Shown here: one piece after another, positions 43,490-53,364 of the stretch
Layout: each line of letters begins with the position of its first letter
How positions within the stretch are numbered: position 1 is the stretch's first letter
Source: an uncultured Clostridia bacterium
GTDB lineage: Bacteria > Bacillota > Clostridia > CAKSNL01 > HGM11501
NCBI GenBank assembly: GCA_934476235.1
Contig: CAKSNL010000004.1
Location: 110,582-174,581 of the forward strand
Length of the DNA: 64,000 bases
Reading direction: 5' to 3'
Notes under the pieces: generated by a model
The model's input: only the letters and a program-made list of their open reading frames with translations
What the model was told of the DNA's origin: nothing
Databases searched by the model: none
Made by a program: the position numbers and the translations under genes

Positions 43490-43642
43490 AAAAATCACCT
43501 CATTGATTTTTTTGTACAAGTACACTATAGCCGAAAAGAAAAAGAATAGCAATAGATAAAACATGCGTTAACTTGTATTTTTCGTGCAATAAATAAAGGA
43601 AAAAGCACATCCTTGCAGAAATATAATAACGGGGTGAGAAAA

Positions 43643-44455
43643 ATGATTGCCGACATATCGGAAATTTTCGCAGGAGACCTTTTAATAAAAAATACCGCAT
43701 TTGCGTTTAATTATAACGTTGTTCCGCCGGTGCCGACACTGTGCCGTGCCGGGGACAAGCCGTTTTCAAGGCTATTTTATATAAAAAAGGGCTCCATGAC
43801 ATTTTCGCTTTCGGAGAAGGACGCACCGTACCTTACCGCGCCCGCGGGCGCGATTCTCTATCTTCCCTGTGACTGCGAGTATTACTCTGAATGGGAAAAG
43901 GGTGAGGTCGGTGAATACGAAACGCTGCTTTTCACGCTTTGGAACGATAATGAGCACATCGAGCTTTCGGACAAAGTCTCGCTTTTTGTTCCGGCGGAGG
44001 AAAACTGCTTTGAGGAGAGCTTTTCTGTTCTTAAAAACATCTGGCTTACCGGTGCGCCGGGCTACAGACTGGAGTTTAAGGCAAGGGTGTATCTCCTTTT
44101 AAAAAATATCGCACTCATGAAGCTTAAAAAAGAGGTCAAGGCAAAATACAGAAGCATATACAAGGGAATCATGCACATTGAAAACAACTATCTTTCGGAA
44201 ACGGGCGTTGAAGAGCTTGCCGGAATGTGCCATGTCAGCACAAGCACGTTCCGCCGCCTTTTCGTGGAGTATAAAGGAGAAACGCCCGTGAAATACAGAA
44301 ATCTCTTGAGACTTAAAAAGGCGGAGGAGCTTTTAAAAAGCGGAGAATACACCGTTTCCGAGGCGGCGGAGGCGTGTGCGATACCGGACACGGCGTATTT
44401 TTCAAAGTTGTTCAAAAAGGTTATGGGCTGCTCCCCATCCGAGATTAAAAAATAA
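43643..44455 (+). CDS. AraC-family transcriptional regulator
   Basis: Cupin-like N-terminus and C-terminal double HTH (HVSTSTFRRLF...YFSKLFKK); GGGGTGAG RBS. Confidence 0.75.
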   Translation: MIADISEIFAGDLLIKNTAFAFNYNVVPPVPTLCRAGDKPFSRLFYIKKGSMTFSLSEKDAPYLTAPAGAILYLPCDCEYYSEWEKGEVGEYETLLFTLWNDNEHIELSDKVSLFVPAEENCFEESFSVLKNIWLTGAPGYRLEFKARVYLLLKNIALMKLKKEVKAKYRSIYKGIMHIENNYLSETGVEELAGMCHVSTSTFRRLFVEYKGETPVKYRNLLRLKKAEELLKSGEYTVSEAAEACAIPDTAYFSKLFKKVMGCSPSEIKK

Positions 44456-44460
44456 TAGAT

Positions 44461-44494
44461 AAACTGCTTGTTTTGTACAAGCAGTTTGCTTTTT
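44461..44494 (+). terminator. terminator after the AraC gene
   Basis: AAACTGCTTGT-tttgtac-AAGCAGTTT followed by GCTTTTTT. Confidence 0.6.
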
Positions 44495-44547
44495 TATACA
44501 TTGTATTTCACGTAGAACCAATGTAGAATAATATTGAGGTGAAAAGG

Positions 44548-45327
44548 ATGAAATTTTCCGTCTGCATTGACATGATGTTTTCGTATCTTGATTTTTATGA
44601 GAGATTCGCCGCGGTGAAGGCCGCGGGGATAGACACGGTCGAGTTCTGGAAATGGTCGGCAAAGGACGTTTTGAATGTGCAAAAGGTCTTGAAAGAAAAC
44701 GAAATGCACTTAAGCCTTATGAATATTGATGTTCAAAATGACGAGGCGCTTTCATATGACCTTTCGCGCGGAATTTTAAATAAAAAGCGCTCGGGCGACC
44801 TTATACGGGCAATCGAGGAGTCGGCGGGCGTGTGCGATATGTTAGATTGCAGAAAGCTCATCGTCCTTATCGGCGAAACAGTAAAGGGCGTTACATATGA
44901 AGAGCAGAAGGAAAACGTGTTTTCCTCGCTCGCCGCAGCCGCACCGTACGCCGAAAAAAACGGCATTACACTGGTGGTTGAACCGCTTAACGCCTGCGAC
45001 CGCAAAAATTATTTTATGCCGGAGAGCGAGCCGCTATCCGAAATTATCCGCGCGGTCGGAAGCAAAAACGTTAAAATGCTTTTCGATATCTACCATCAGC
45101 AAAGGACTGAGGGCAACATCATGGAAAGGATCGAAAAAAATATCGGTATTATCGGGCATTTTCACGTGGCGGACAGTCCGAAAAGGACAGAACCCGGAAC
45201 AGGCGAGCTTAACTGGAAAAATATTTTAAGATTTATCGAGGACACCGGATATTCGGAATATGTCGGGCTTGAGTACAGGGCAACCCGCCCCGACAATGAA
45301 ACTCTCGGATTTACAAAGGAGATCTGA
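44548..45327 (+). CDS. sugar phosphate isomerase/epimerase (hydroxypyruvate isomerase-like TIM barrel)
   Basis: MKFSVCIDMMF... Hyi/xylose-isomerase-like TIM barrel; GAGGTGA RBS. Confidence 0.7.
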   Translation: MKFSVCIDMMFSYLDFYERFAAVKAAGIDTVEFWKWSAKDVLNVQKVLKENEMHLSLMNIDVQNDEALSYDLSRGILNKKRSGDLIRAIEESAGVCDMLDCRKLIVLIGETVKGVTYEEQKENVFSSLAAAAPYAEKNGITLVVEPLNACDRKNYFMPESEPLSEIIRAVGSKNVKMLFDIYHQQRTEGNIMERIEKNIGIIGHFHVADSPKRTEPGTGELNWKNILRFIEDTGYSEYVGLEYRATRPDNETLGFTKEI

Positions 45328-45330
45328 TTT

Positions 45331-46443
45331 ATGGACAGACTTAAGGTTTGCATAATAAGCTGCGGAATGATTGCCAATAAGGCGCACATTCCGGCATATC
45401 TGAACAGGCAGGACGTGTTCTTTGTTTCCGCGGTGTCGGATGTGTCGGAAAAGGCGGCGCGCGAGACCTCGGAGCGCTTTAATATCGGGAACTGGTACAC
45501 GGACGCGGAGGAAATGCTTATAAAGGAAAGACCGGATCTTGTTTCCGTCTGCGTGCCGAACAAGTTTCACAAGGAATACACACTTCTGGCGCTTTCGCAC
45601 GGGGCAAATGTTCTTTGCGAAAAGCCAGTCGCCTATACCTATGCCGACGCGAAGGAAATGTATGATTTTGCAAGAGATAAGGGAAGGCTCTTAATAGCGT
45701 GCCAGTCCATGCGCTATACGCCCGACCGCATTGCCGCGCACGAGCTGATAGAAGAAGGCGTTCTCGGAAATATTTATTATGCGGAGCTTTCAAGGATCCG
45801 CCGCCGCGGAATCCCGGCGTGGGGAAAATTTCACATTCGCTCAGAGTCCGGCGGAGGCGCGTTTTTGGATATCGGCGTGCACATGATAGATTCGCTCCTG
45901 TGGCTTATGGGAAACCCTGAGATAGAGTCCGTTTCCGGCACTGCATGCGCAATGATTGCACATCGGGAAAAGCAGCTTAAAAGCAGCCTCTCCGAAAGCG
46001 GAGCGCTCGGCGGAGTGGATATTAAGCGAAGCTACAATTCCGAAGAATTTGACGTTGAGGATTTTGCCTCCGGAAGCGCGTATTTCAAAAATGGCGCGAG
46101 GGTAAATTTTAAGGTTGCATGGGCGGTCAATCTGCCGGACGAAACGTCAATGAAGATTGTCGGCGACTCTGCGGGGCTCTCTCTCCCCTCTTTGGAGCTT
46201 TACGGAAGCGCCGGAAGCTTTCAGTCGGACTTTTATCCGAAGGTTACAAATGACGATAAGTATAAAACAAAGGAGTTCGGCGGTCACTTCCATTTGATAG
46301 ACCATGTGGCGGACGTTATGACAAAGGGCGCGCCCCTTATGATACGTCCGGAGGAAACCGTTAATACTGCAGCGTTTATTGACCTTTTCTACAGGTCGGC
46401 GGAGCTTAAAAGGGAAGTCACAATTGACGAAATAAAGGGCTGA
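45331..46443 (+). CDS. Gfo/Idh/MocA family oxidoreductase
   Basis: N-terminal NAD-binding domain plus the EKP motif (LCEKPVA). Confidence 0.8.
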   Translation: MDRLKVCIISCGMIANKAHIPAYLNRQDVFFVSAVSDVSEKAARETSERFNIGNWYTDAEEMLIKERPDLVSVCVPNKFHKEYTLLALSHGANVLCEKPVAYTYADAKEMYDFARDKGRLLIACQSMRYTPDRIAAHELIEEGVLGNIYYAELSRIRRRGIPAWGKFHIRSESGGGAFLDIGVHMIDSLLWLMGNPEIESVSGTACAMIAHREKQLKSSLSESGALGGVDIKRSYNSEEFDVEDFASGSAYFKNGARVNFKVAWAVNLPDETSMKIVGDSAGLSLPSLELYGSAGSFQSDFYPKVTNDDKYKTKEFGGHFHLIDHVADVMTKGAPLMIRPEETVNTAAFIDLFYRSAELKREVTIDEIKG

Positions 46444-46468
46444 GGAGAATCCTCAGCCCTTTATTATG
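46437..46468 (+). terminator. terminator
   Basis: GGCTGAGGA-gaat-CCTCAGCC followed by CTTTATT. Confidence 0.55.
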
Positions 46469-46481
46469 AAAATCTCCGTTT

Positions 46482-47111
46482 TTAGAATTCTTTTGCCTTG
46501 GGCAGACTCCAGTGAAACTTTGCCGCAAGAAAACGTATCGCAACAATTAATATAAGCCCGGCGCTCATCGCGTAATATTCGCCGAAGTCCCATATAAGGT
46601 ACGAAACGAGCGCGCCGGCAATCGCGGCGCAGGCGTATATGTGCTTGACAAAGATATAGGGGCGCTCGCCGGCAAAAACATCGCGCAGCACACCGCCGCC
46701 GACTCCGGTCACAACGGAAATAAAGGTTAAAAGAAGCGGATTTTCCGAAAATCCGGAGTCTATGCCGACCTTAAGACCGCAGACCGTAAATATGCCGAGC
46801 CCGACAGAATCCGTCACGAGCATTAAGATTTCGTATAAATGCGGACGCGACGTGATAAAGCGGCGGATTTTCGGAATAAAAATCAGAACCGACGTGATGA
46901 TTGAGATTAAAATATAGCGTGAGTCCAAAAGCGCGGACGGCGGCGTCAGCCCGAGCGTAATGTCTCTTATCATTCCGCCGCCGACCGCGGCGGTAATGCC
47001 CAGTATGCATACGCCGAAAATGTCCATGTTCTTTTTAAGGGCAGATATCGCGCCCGACAATGCGAATGAAACCGTGCCCACTATCTCTAAAAATAAAATA
47101 AATGCGTCCAT
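46482..47111 (-). CDS. trimeric intracellular cation channel (TRIC/UPF0126) family membrane protein
   Basis: Two UPF0126 repeats with glycine-rich motifs (AAVGGGMIRD, GVGGGVLRD). Confidence 0.7.
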   Translation of the reverse strand: MDAFILFLEIVGTVSFALSGAISALKKNMDIFGVCILGITAAVGGGMIRDITLGLTPPSALLDSRYILISIITSVLIFIPKIRRFITSRPHLYEILMLVTDSVGLGIFTVCGLKVGIDSGFSENPLLLTFISVVTGVGGGVLRDVFAGERPYIFVKHIYACAAIAGALVSYLIWDFGEYYAMSAGLILIVAIRFLAAKFHWSLPKAKEF

Positions 47112-47177
47112 AGCCCTTCCTCCGTTAAAAATATAATACTAAAAAATATTATATGTGTCAAGTGCGGGGAACGTGAA

Positions 47178-47206
47178 AAAGTGCACCGACCTTTCGGTCG
47201 GTGCAC
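47178..47206 (-). terminator. terminator after the kinase gene
   Basis: AAGTGCACCGACC-tttc-GGTCGGTGCACTT followed by a T-run on the minus strand. Confidence 0.65.
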
Positions 47207-47211
47207 TTAAA

Positions 47212-48690
47212 TTATTTAAGAATCTTTTTGAAGTCTTCGTATGCACTGTCCCAAGCGGCAGTGTCCTTTGGCTCGTAGCAGACTGGCTCGAACGATGCTT
47301 TAACGATCTGTCTTGCCTCGTCCAGCGTCCTGATTTCGCCAAGAGCCATGAGCTGAGCCGCGATATTACCCATCGAGGTCGCCTCAACGGGACCGGCAAC
47401 GACTCTTCTGCCCGTTGCGTTCGCCGTGAACTGGCATATCATCTTGTCCTTGATTCCGCCGCCTACGAGATGAACAACGTCAATCTTTTTGCCGAATATC
47501 TCCTCAAGGCACTCGATCGAATAACGGTACTTCATTGCAAGGCTCTGCGCGATGCAGCGGGTAACCGGTCCGATACCGTCCGGAATGGGCTGATTTGTGT
47601 TTTTGCAGAACTCGGCGATAAATTTGGGCATATTGCCGGGACCTGAAAATCCGGTGTAGTCCGGATCTATGAAGCTTTCAAAGGGCTTTGCGTTCCATGC
47701 TGCCTGTTCCATATCGTCAAACGAAAGCGCCTTACCCTCTCTCTTCCACTGGCGGCGGCTCTCCTGAATGATCCAGAGACCCATAACGTTTTTAAGGAAG
47801 CGGATAGTCTTGTTGATTCCGCCCTCATTGGTGAAATTGTATTTCGCCGAAAGCTCGTTAATCAGAGGCTTGTCGATCTCGACGCCCAGAAGCGACCAGG
47901 TTCCGCAGCTTATGTAAACATAGCTTTCGTCCTTCTCCGCCGGAACAGCGGCAACGGCGGACGCCGTATCGTGCGATGCGACCGCGGCAACGGGAACGGA
48001 GCCGATTCCGAGCTCCTCCGCAATTTCGGGAAGCACCTTGCCCATGATCTTTCCGGGGTGGATAACGTTTGTAAATATCTTTCTGGGAAGTCCGAGCTTT
48101 TCGATGATGCCCCAAGCCCAGTCGTCCGTCACCGAGTTATAAAGCTGGCTCGTGGAGGCGATGGAGTACTCCGTAACCTTCTCACCGGTTAAAAAGTAAT
48201 TGAAAAGATCGGGAATCATGAGCATAGTCTCGGCATTTTCAAGCGCCGGGGAGCCGGAGAGCTTGTCTGCAAGAAGCTGATAAATCGTGTTGAAGTTGGC
48301 AAACTGAATTCCGGTCTCGGAATATATCTCGTCCTTGCTTATGTATTTTTCAATGTCGTTAAATACAGGGAACGTTCTCGGATCGCGGTAGTTGTGCGGG
48401 TTTGCCAAAAGCCTTCCCGTTTTGTCAAGGAGTCCGTAGTCAACGCCCCAGGTGTCGATACCGATAGAAGCGATGTCGCGGTTTCCTTCCATTGCAGTCT
48501 TGTTGATTCCGGTCTTGATTTCAAAAAAGAGCCTTAAAATGTCCCAGTAAAGGTCCTTCCCGACCGCGACGAAGTCATTGGAAAAGCGGTGCGTTTCGTT
48601 GAGCGTTACCTTTTTGCCGTCATACTCTGCTAAAATAGCCCTTCCCGAGCTTGCACCGAAGTCGTACGCCAGAGTTTTGAGATTTGCCAT
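47212..48690 (-). CDS. rhaB: rhamnulokinase-like FGGY carbohydrate kinase
   Basis: FGGY motifs with RhaB-like blocks WGVDYGLLD, VVAVASHDTASAV, SCGTWSLLG, VHLVGGG and AGPVEATSMGN. Confidence 0.75.
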   Translation of the reverse strand: MANLKTLAYDFGASSGRAILAEYDGKKVTLNETHRFSNDFVAVGKDLYWDILRLFFEIKTGINKTAMEGNRDIASIGIDTWGVDYGLLDKTGRLLANPHNYRDPRTFPVFNDIEKYISKDEIYSETGIQFANFNTIYQLLADKLSGSPALENAETMLMIPDLFNYFLTGEKVTEYSIASTSQLYNSVTDDWAWGIIEKLGLPRKIFTNVIHPGKIMGKVLPEIAEELGIGSVPVAAVASHDTASAVAAVPAEKDESYVYISCGTWSLLGVEIDKPLINELSAKYNFTNEGGINKTIRFLKNVMGLWIIQESRRQWKREGKALSFDDMEQAAWNAKPFESFIDPDYTGFSGPGNMPKFIAEFCKNTNQPIPDGIGPVTRCIAQSLAMKYRYSIECLEEIFGKKIDVVHLVGGGIKDKMICQFTANATGRRVVAGPVEATSMGNIAAQLMALGEIRTLDEARQIVKASFEPVCYEPKDTAAWDSAYEDFKKILK

Positions 48691-48714
48691 AAGAAAAATC
48701 CTCCTTAATAATAC

Positions 48715-49704
48715 TTACTTATTATTTAATTTTTTTAATAAGCGGATGTCGTTTCCGCAGAATTTTAATATAGTATAGTCGCCTACGATGCGTGAGAGCG
48801 TTCGCTCGGTATATATGCGCTTAATGTCGGCAAGAGAAAGATTTGTGCTGATAATGGTCTTTTTCCTTGTCAAAAGCCTTGTATTAAGTATTCTGAAAAG
48901 CTCGGACGAGGAAAAGTCTGAAATGAACTCGGTCCCGAGATCATCCAATATTAAAAGGTCGCAGTCAATGAGCCTTTTTGCGGTGTAAATGTCGGCGTCC
49001 TCCGTGTTTTTGGAAAACTTGACACGGTCCAGAAGCGAGAATACAACGCTGGCACTCTGATAAATAACGCTCACACCTCTTCCGATAAGCTCGTTTGCGA
49101 TGCACGAGGAGAGGAACGTTTTGCCGAGCCCGGTCGGACCGGTAAATAAAAGATTATCGTCTGACGAGTCAAAATTTTTTGAAAAGTCCTTGCAGACGAT
49201 TAATATCTTTTCCATGATGGCGCGCGGGTGCTCCTTTTTATCCTCCGATTCGGCGGGATACCAGGAAAGGTCGAAATCCTCAAAGCGGTTTTTCGAAAGC
49301 TTCGCCAGGTTGGACTCCGAGAACACCGCCTCGATCAGCTTTTTCCTGAAGCACTCGCAGTAGGTATTGTCGATAAACCCCTCGTCGCGGCAGTAAGGGC
49401 AGTCGTACGGCGGATTTAAGAAGTTTTTGTCATACCCGGCTGCCGCTATAAGCGCGTCCCGTTTTTTTGTGAGCGAGACCGAGCGCGAATGAATTTCCTT
49501 TGCCGCCTTGTCGGGGTCAAACCCGTCCGCCACGCGGCGGAACACGGAAAAGCTTATGGAGGCAATCTCATCGTCCAGTTTTTTAAGCTCCGGGATATTT
49601 AAGTATAAAAGGGAACGCCTGCTGTTTATAAGCTCCCCTCTCGCCCGCTTTTTCGCCTCGAACTCTCCGGCGACCGCGGCTGCGATGCTTTTATCGTACG
49701 GCAT
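48715..49704 (-). CDS. DnaI/DnaC-like helicase loader ATPase
   Basis: N-terminal Cys cluster CPYCRDEGF...CEC and AAA+ Walker A GPTGLGKTFL (IstB/DnaC family); AAGGAGG RBS. Confidence 0.7.
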   Translation of the reverse strand: MPYDKSIAAAVAGEFEAKKRARGELINSRRSLLYLNIPELKKLDDEIASISFSVFRRVADGFDPDKAAKEIHSRSVSLTKKRDALIAAAGYDKNFLNPPYDCPYCRDEGFIDNTYCECFRKKLIEAVFSESNLAKLSKNRFEDFDLSWYPAESEDKKEHPRAIMEKILIVCKDFSKNFDSSDDNLLFTGPTGLGKTFLSSCIANELIGRGVSVIYQSASVVFSLLDRVKFSKNTEDADIYTAKRLIDCDLLILDDLGTEFISDFSSSELFRILNTRLLTRKKTIISTNLSLADIKRIYTERTLSRIVGDYTILKFCGNDIRLLKKLNNK

Positions 49705-49719
49705 GGATGAACCTCCTTA

Positions 49720-50742
49720 TCATTTTTCTGTCGCTACCGTGCTTTTTTCGGCAATCTTGTCAAGCTCCTCATCCGAATAGGAGCGGGTGCCCGAATATGA
49801 AGCGAACTTCGTTTTCGCAGCCGGCTTTGCGGCAATCTTCGGCGCGGTTTTAACCTCGCGGTCCGCTTCGGAAACCGTTTTGATGCCCGCGCTTTGCCAG
49901 TTTTTCAAGATCGCGTTCATATAGTGATAGCTTGCCTTGCCGGTATTCATGATGGTCTTGTCATACGCAAGCTTTATCATTTCGTCGGAAAAGCCCATGT
50001 TCTCGCTCCACTCGACCAAATGGTGATACTCCGCGTCATTAAGATCGCGTCCCGATATGCCCAGAAGCTTTTTGAAACGGCGCTTGGTCTTTCCCGCCTT
50101 TTCAAGAGCGGCAAGGTGGGCGGACGCTTTCTCGGGAGTGTTGATTCCGATATCGTACCACGATAAGGCGACCGCTTCAATGTAGCGCATCGACTTTTTG
50201 CCCAGTGACGCACAGTGTTCGATAATCATCAAAATAACCTCGACCGGGAGCGAAAGCCAGTCGTAGAAGCTGTAAAGCGTCAGCGTATCGTTCTGCGAAA
50301 GCGGACGTTCCAAAAGCATGTGCGCATGCTCATACATTTCCGAAAGCGCGCGGTCGGACGACTGACGGTCGGCAATCTCGCTCATTTTGTACGCCGGGCG
50401 GGGCGCTCTTTCGTCCTCGGCAGCTGTTTCCTTACTGTTAGCCATGCCCGAAAGGTCCGAAAACTGAACCAGAAAGTCCGACGGGTCGGACTCCGAATTA
50501 TATGTAAGAGTCACGACTCCGCGGCTCTCCCAGTATTTCCACGCCTTTATAACGTCGCTCTCCAGAATCGAAAGCGACGAAGCAACATCGGCAACCGTGG
50601 ACTTCGGATTTTCCGAATAGCACTGACGGTAGCCGTAAATATAAACCGCAACGAAGGTGGGATTCGCGTCCTTCATGCAGTAGTCAACAAATTCGCACGG
50701 AATACAGAATACCTGATTCCTGCCTATAGAGAAACCTGCCAT
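49720..50742 (-). CDS. DnaD-domain replication initiation protein (DnaB/DnaD-like)
   Basis: C-terminal DnaD-like region (LTLYSFYDWLSLPVEVILMIIEHC). ATG at 50742 with a GGGTGAGG RBS. Confidence 0.6.
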   Translation of the reverse strand: MAGFSIGRNQVFCIPCEFVDYCMKDANPTFVAVYIYGYRQCYSENPKSTVADVASSLSILESDVIKAWKYWESRGVVTLTYNSESDPSDFLVQFSDLSGMANSKETAAEDERAPRPAYKMSEIADRQSSDRALSEMYEHAHMLLERPLSQNDTLTLYSFYDWLSLPVEVILMIIEHCASLGKKSMRYIEAVALSWYDIGINTPEKASAHLAALEKAGKTKRRFKKLLGISGRDLNDAEYHHLVEWSENMGFSDEMIKLAYDKTIMNTGKASYHYMNAILKNWQSAGIKTVSEADREVKTAPKIAAKPAAKTKFASYSGTRSYSDEELDKIAEKSTVATEK

Positions 50743-50858
50743 AATAAAAGCCTCACCCAAGTAATAAATTTATATCCGATAGTCATACAATAATATGATA
50801 GCACAATTTTTCGTATTCTTCAATAACAAATTTAAAAAATTTACGGGAGGGCTATATT

Positions 50859-51662
50859 ATGTTTACGTACGAGGAGCTGTTAAAGACAATGAATAAGGCT
50901 GAGGCACATTCCGCCGGGCGCAGCGTCTGGGGACGCGAGCTCTGGTGGTACAGGCTCGGGAGCGGAAAAAGAAAGCTTTTTATAAACGGCACGCACCATG
51001 GAAACGAATATATTACGGCGCGCCTCGCTGCGGACTATTATAATGAAGGAAAAGTTCCGGATAACTGGAGCGTCTGGATAATGCCGATGGTGAACCCGGA
51101 CGGCGCGGCGGTCTCTCAGGGACTGCTTCCCAAGAGCACGGCGATATATGAGAATCTCAGAAGAATGAACGGCTGGAACGATATATACCGCTCGTGGCAG
51201 GCAAACGCGAACGGAGTGGACTTAAATCATAATTACGACGCGGACTTCCGACAGATCGAACCGCACGGTCCCTCGCGCTGCGCCGGGCGCTACCCCGAAA
51301 GCGAGCCGGAAACGCGCGCGGTGGTAAATTTCGTGCGCAGCGAGAATTTCGATATGGTAATATGCCTCCACTCGCAGGGCGAGGTGATATATCACGGATT
51401 TAAGGGATTCTATCCCGCGGGAAGCTCAGAGATTGCCGCTGCCATGGCGAAGGCAAGCGGATACGCCGTGGAGGAGCCCGAGGAGGAGGCGTCCTTCGGC
51501 GGAATGAAGGACTGGTTCGTGGATAAATTCAAAAGACCGGGCTTTACCGTAGAGGTCGGAAAAGGAAAAAATCCGATTGACGAAGGGCAGACCGAAGAGA
51601 TTGAAAAGCGCCTTTTCGGGGCAATTAATGCGGCAATGTTGACTTATGATGAGGTTTTGTGA
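50859..51662 (+). CDS. M14-family zinc carboxypeptidase (gamma-D-glutamyl-diamino acid peptidase-like)
   Basis: Zn ligand HGNEY, NPDG, and a downstream H of M14. Confidence 0.65.
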   Translation: MFTYEELLKTMNKAEAHSAGRSVWGRELWWYRLGSGKRKLFINGTHHGNEYITARLAADYYNEGKVPDNWSVWIMPMVNPDGAAVSQGLLPKSTAIYENLRRMNGWNDIYRSWQANANGVDLNHNYDADFRQIEPHGPSRCAGRYPESEPETRAVVNFVRSENFDMVICLHSQGEVIYHGFKGFYPAGSSEIAAAMAKASGYAVEEPEEEASFGGMKDWFVDKFKRPGFTVEVGKGKNPIDEGQTEEIEKRLFGAINAAMLTYDEVL

Positions 51663-51696
51663 TAAAATATAGAAAAAAACGTCGGGAGGCGGTAGC

Positions 51697-52614
51697 GTGA
51701 AATATAATACGATCGTAATAGGCGGCGGAGCCGCCGGGCTTGACGCAGCGGCTGCGTGCGCAAGACTCGGGCTTTCCGTGCTCCTGCTCGAAGCGATGTA
51801 TACGGGCGGAATGGCGCTCAAGATAAAAAACGTGCCGGACTTTCCCGGCTTTCCGGACGGGATAAGCGGCGAGGAGCTGACCGACCGCATGGAAAAGGCG
51901 GCTGTCGCTTCCGGAGTCCGCATACTGCACGAACGGGTGACGGATATGGAGCTTTCGGAAAAAACGAAAAGCATAACGACCGACAAGGGCTCCTACACGT
52001 CGGATACGGTGATAATCGCCTCTGGGGCAAGAATCCGCGAAATGGGACTTGAAAACGAGCGCGCGCTTACCGGGCTCGGCATCTTTCACGCGGTCGCGGA
52101 GGGAAGAAGGGCAATCGAAGGGAAAAACGCGGCGGTCTGGGGCTCCGGAGAAGAGGCATGCGAATACGCGCTGGAGCTTGCCGAGCTCTGTATAGCGGTG
52201 TATCTCATCTGTCCGGAGGAGCATTTGAGAGCCGGAAAACGGCTGATCGAGAAAATAAGGAATACTCCGAAAATCAAGCTTTACGAAAATTCGCTGATTG
52301 CCGGGATCAATGAGGGTATGTTCCTTTTGGAGGCCATGACGGTGGTCGGTAAGGAAACGATGGAGATCGACTCCATGCCGGTCGAGGCAGTGTTTGTCGC
52401 GCCGGAGCTGGAACCGGACAGCGACGTGTTTTTGGGGCATGTGAGGATGACGGACGACGGCGCGGTCATCGTAAATGAGAAAATGGAAACGGAAACAGAA
52501 GGCGTTTATGCGGTCGGCGCGGTGAGAGAGGGCTCTGCACTGTCACTGGTGGATGCCGCGGCGGACGCGCGCCGTGCCGCGCTCTCGGTAAACGGCTATA
52601 TAATAGGAAAGTAA
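51697..52614 (+). CDS. FAD-dependent pyridine nucleotide-disulfide oxidoreductase (thioredoxin reductase-like)
   Basis: GGGAAG FAD site and a second GxGxxA (VWGSGEEA). GTG start after GGGAGG. Confidence 0.7.
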   Translation: MKYNTIVIGGGAAGLDAAAACARLGLSVLLLEAMYTGGMALKIKNVPDFPGFPDGISGEELTDRMEKAAVASGVRILHERVTDMELSEKTKSITTDKGSYTSDTVIIASGARIREMGLENERALTGLGIFHAVAEGRRAIEGKNAAVWGSGEEACEYALELAELCIAVYLICPEEHLRAGKRLIEKIRNTPKIKLYENSLIAGINEGMFLLEAMTVVGKETMEIDSMPVEAVFVAPELEPDSDVFLGHVRMTDDGAVIVNEKMETETEGVYAVGAVREGSALSLVDAAADARRAALSVNGYIIGK

Positions 52615-52636
52615 AAAATAAAAGGGCACGCAGACA

Positions 52637-52950
52637 GTGCTCCGTAGGGAGGATGTCCACATCCTCCCTTTTTGCACTCATTACGTTAGTGCACCGTAGG
52701 GGATGGCGTCCCCGACATCCTGTTTGTTTTATCTTGCACCCGCTTTCGTTAGTGCACCCGTAGGGGAGGATGCCCTCATCCTCCCGCCTTTTTATGTGCC
52801 CGCCCATTACGCCCATGTACCGTAGGGTCGATTCACGAATCGACCGCCTGGGGTTGCATGCATGTTTTTCACGATTCTCCCGAAAAATCCTCCCTTCGCC
52901 TTCGGCTCTTCCCTCCTTTAGCAAGGAGGGCATTAAAGGCTCTATTTCAT
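52637..52950. repeat. modular palindromic interspersed repeats, locus A
   Basis: Four successive CCGTAGGG + GC-palindrome + T-run units at 63-64-bp spacing, then X (CCCGAAAAATCCTCCC) and Y (CCTCCTTTAGCAAGGAGGGCATTAAAGGCTC) modules shared with loci B and C. Confidence 0.75.
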
Positions 52951-53094
52951 ACCCGCACCGCCCCGGCTTTAACCGCTGCAAAATAAGTTTCTTCATCTCC
53001 CCGCCATTGTAACAATCGGTCATTTATGTTGCGGCGCACCTCGCTTCTGTAATGTAACAAAACGGTGACAAATGAAGAAAAATTGCAAAAATGC

Positions 53095-53238
53095 TTGACA
53101 AATTATGAAAAAAATAATATTATAAAATGGTTAGGGCGAAAAAAGACTGCGTTTTTTTGCAGCAATATGATTCCAATTTTACAGTTGTGTAACAACTCGG
53201 TAAATAGCATTGACTTATAAATTGGTCAATGCTATAAT
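53095..53238 (+). promoter_or_regulatory. two tandem consensus promoters of the S-layer gene
   Basis: P1 is TTGACA, 17-bp spacer, TATTAT (53095-53123). P2 is TTGACT, 17-bp spacer, TGcTATAAT (53210-53238). A 5' UTR of about 125 nt follows. Confidence 0.65.
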
Positions 53239-53364
53239 GAAGCCATGGTTGGGAGGACCGTATTCGTACGGGCTTTCGATGCGCGGCAGGTAAAAAAGGA
53301 ACCGGCTCGCGGAAAGCGGATTCTTTCGCCAACAAAAAATTTTTTATAAGGAGGAATTGAGGTT

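Noticed and set aside
52637-52900. CRISPR-like array (regular 63-64-bp periodicity of the GCACCGTAGGG units)
   Set aside because: The repeated part is only about 12 nt, the palindromes differ between units and each ends in a T-run, there are no cas genes, and the units recur in both orientations at other loci. They are not CRISPR.
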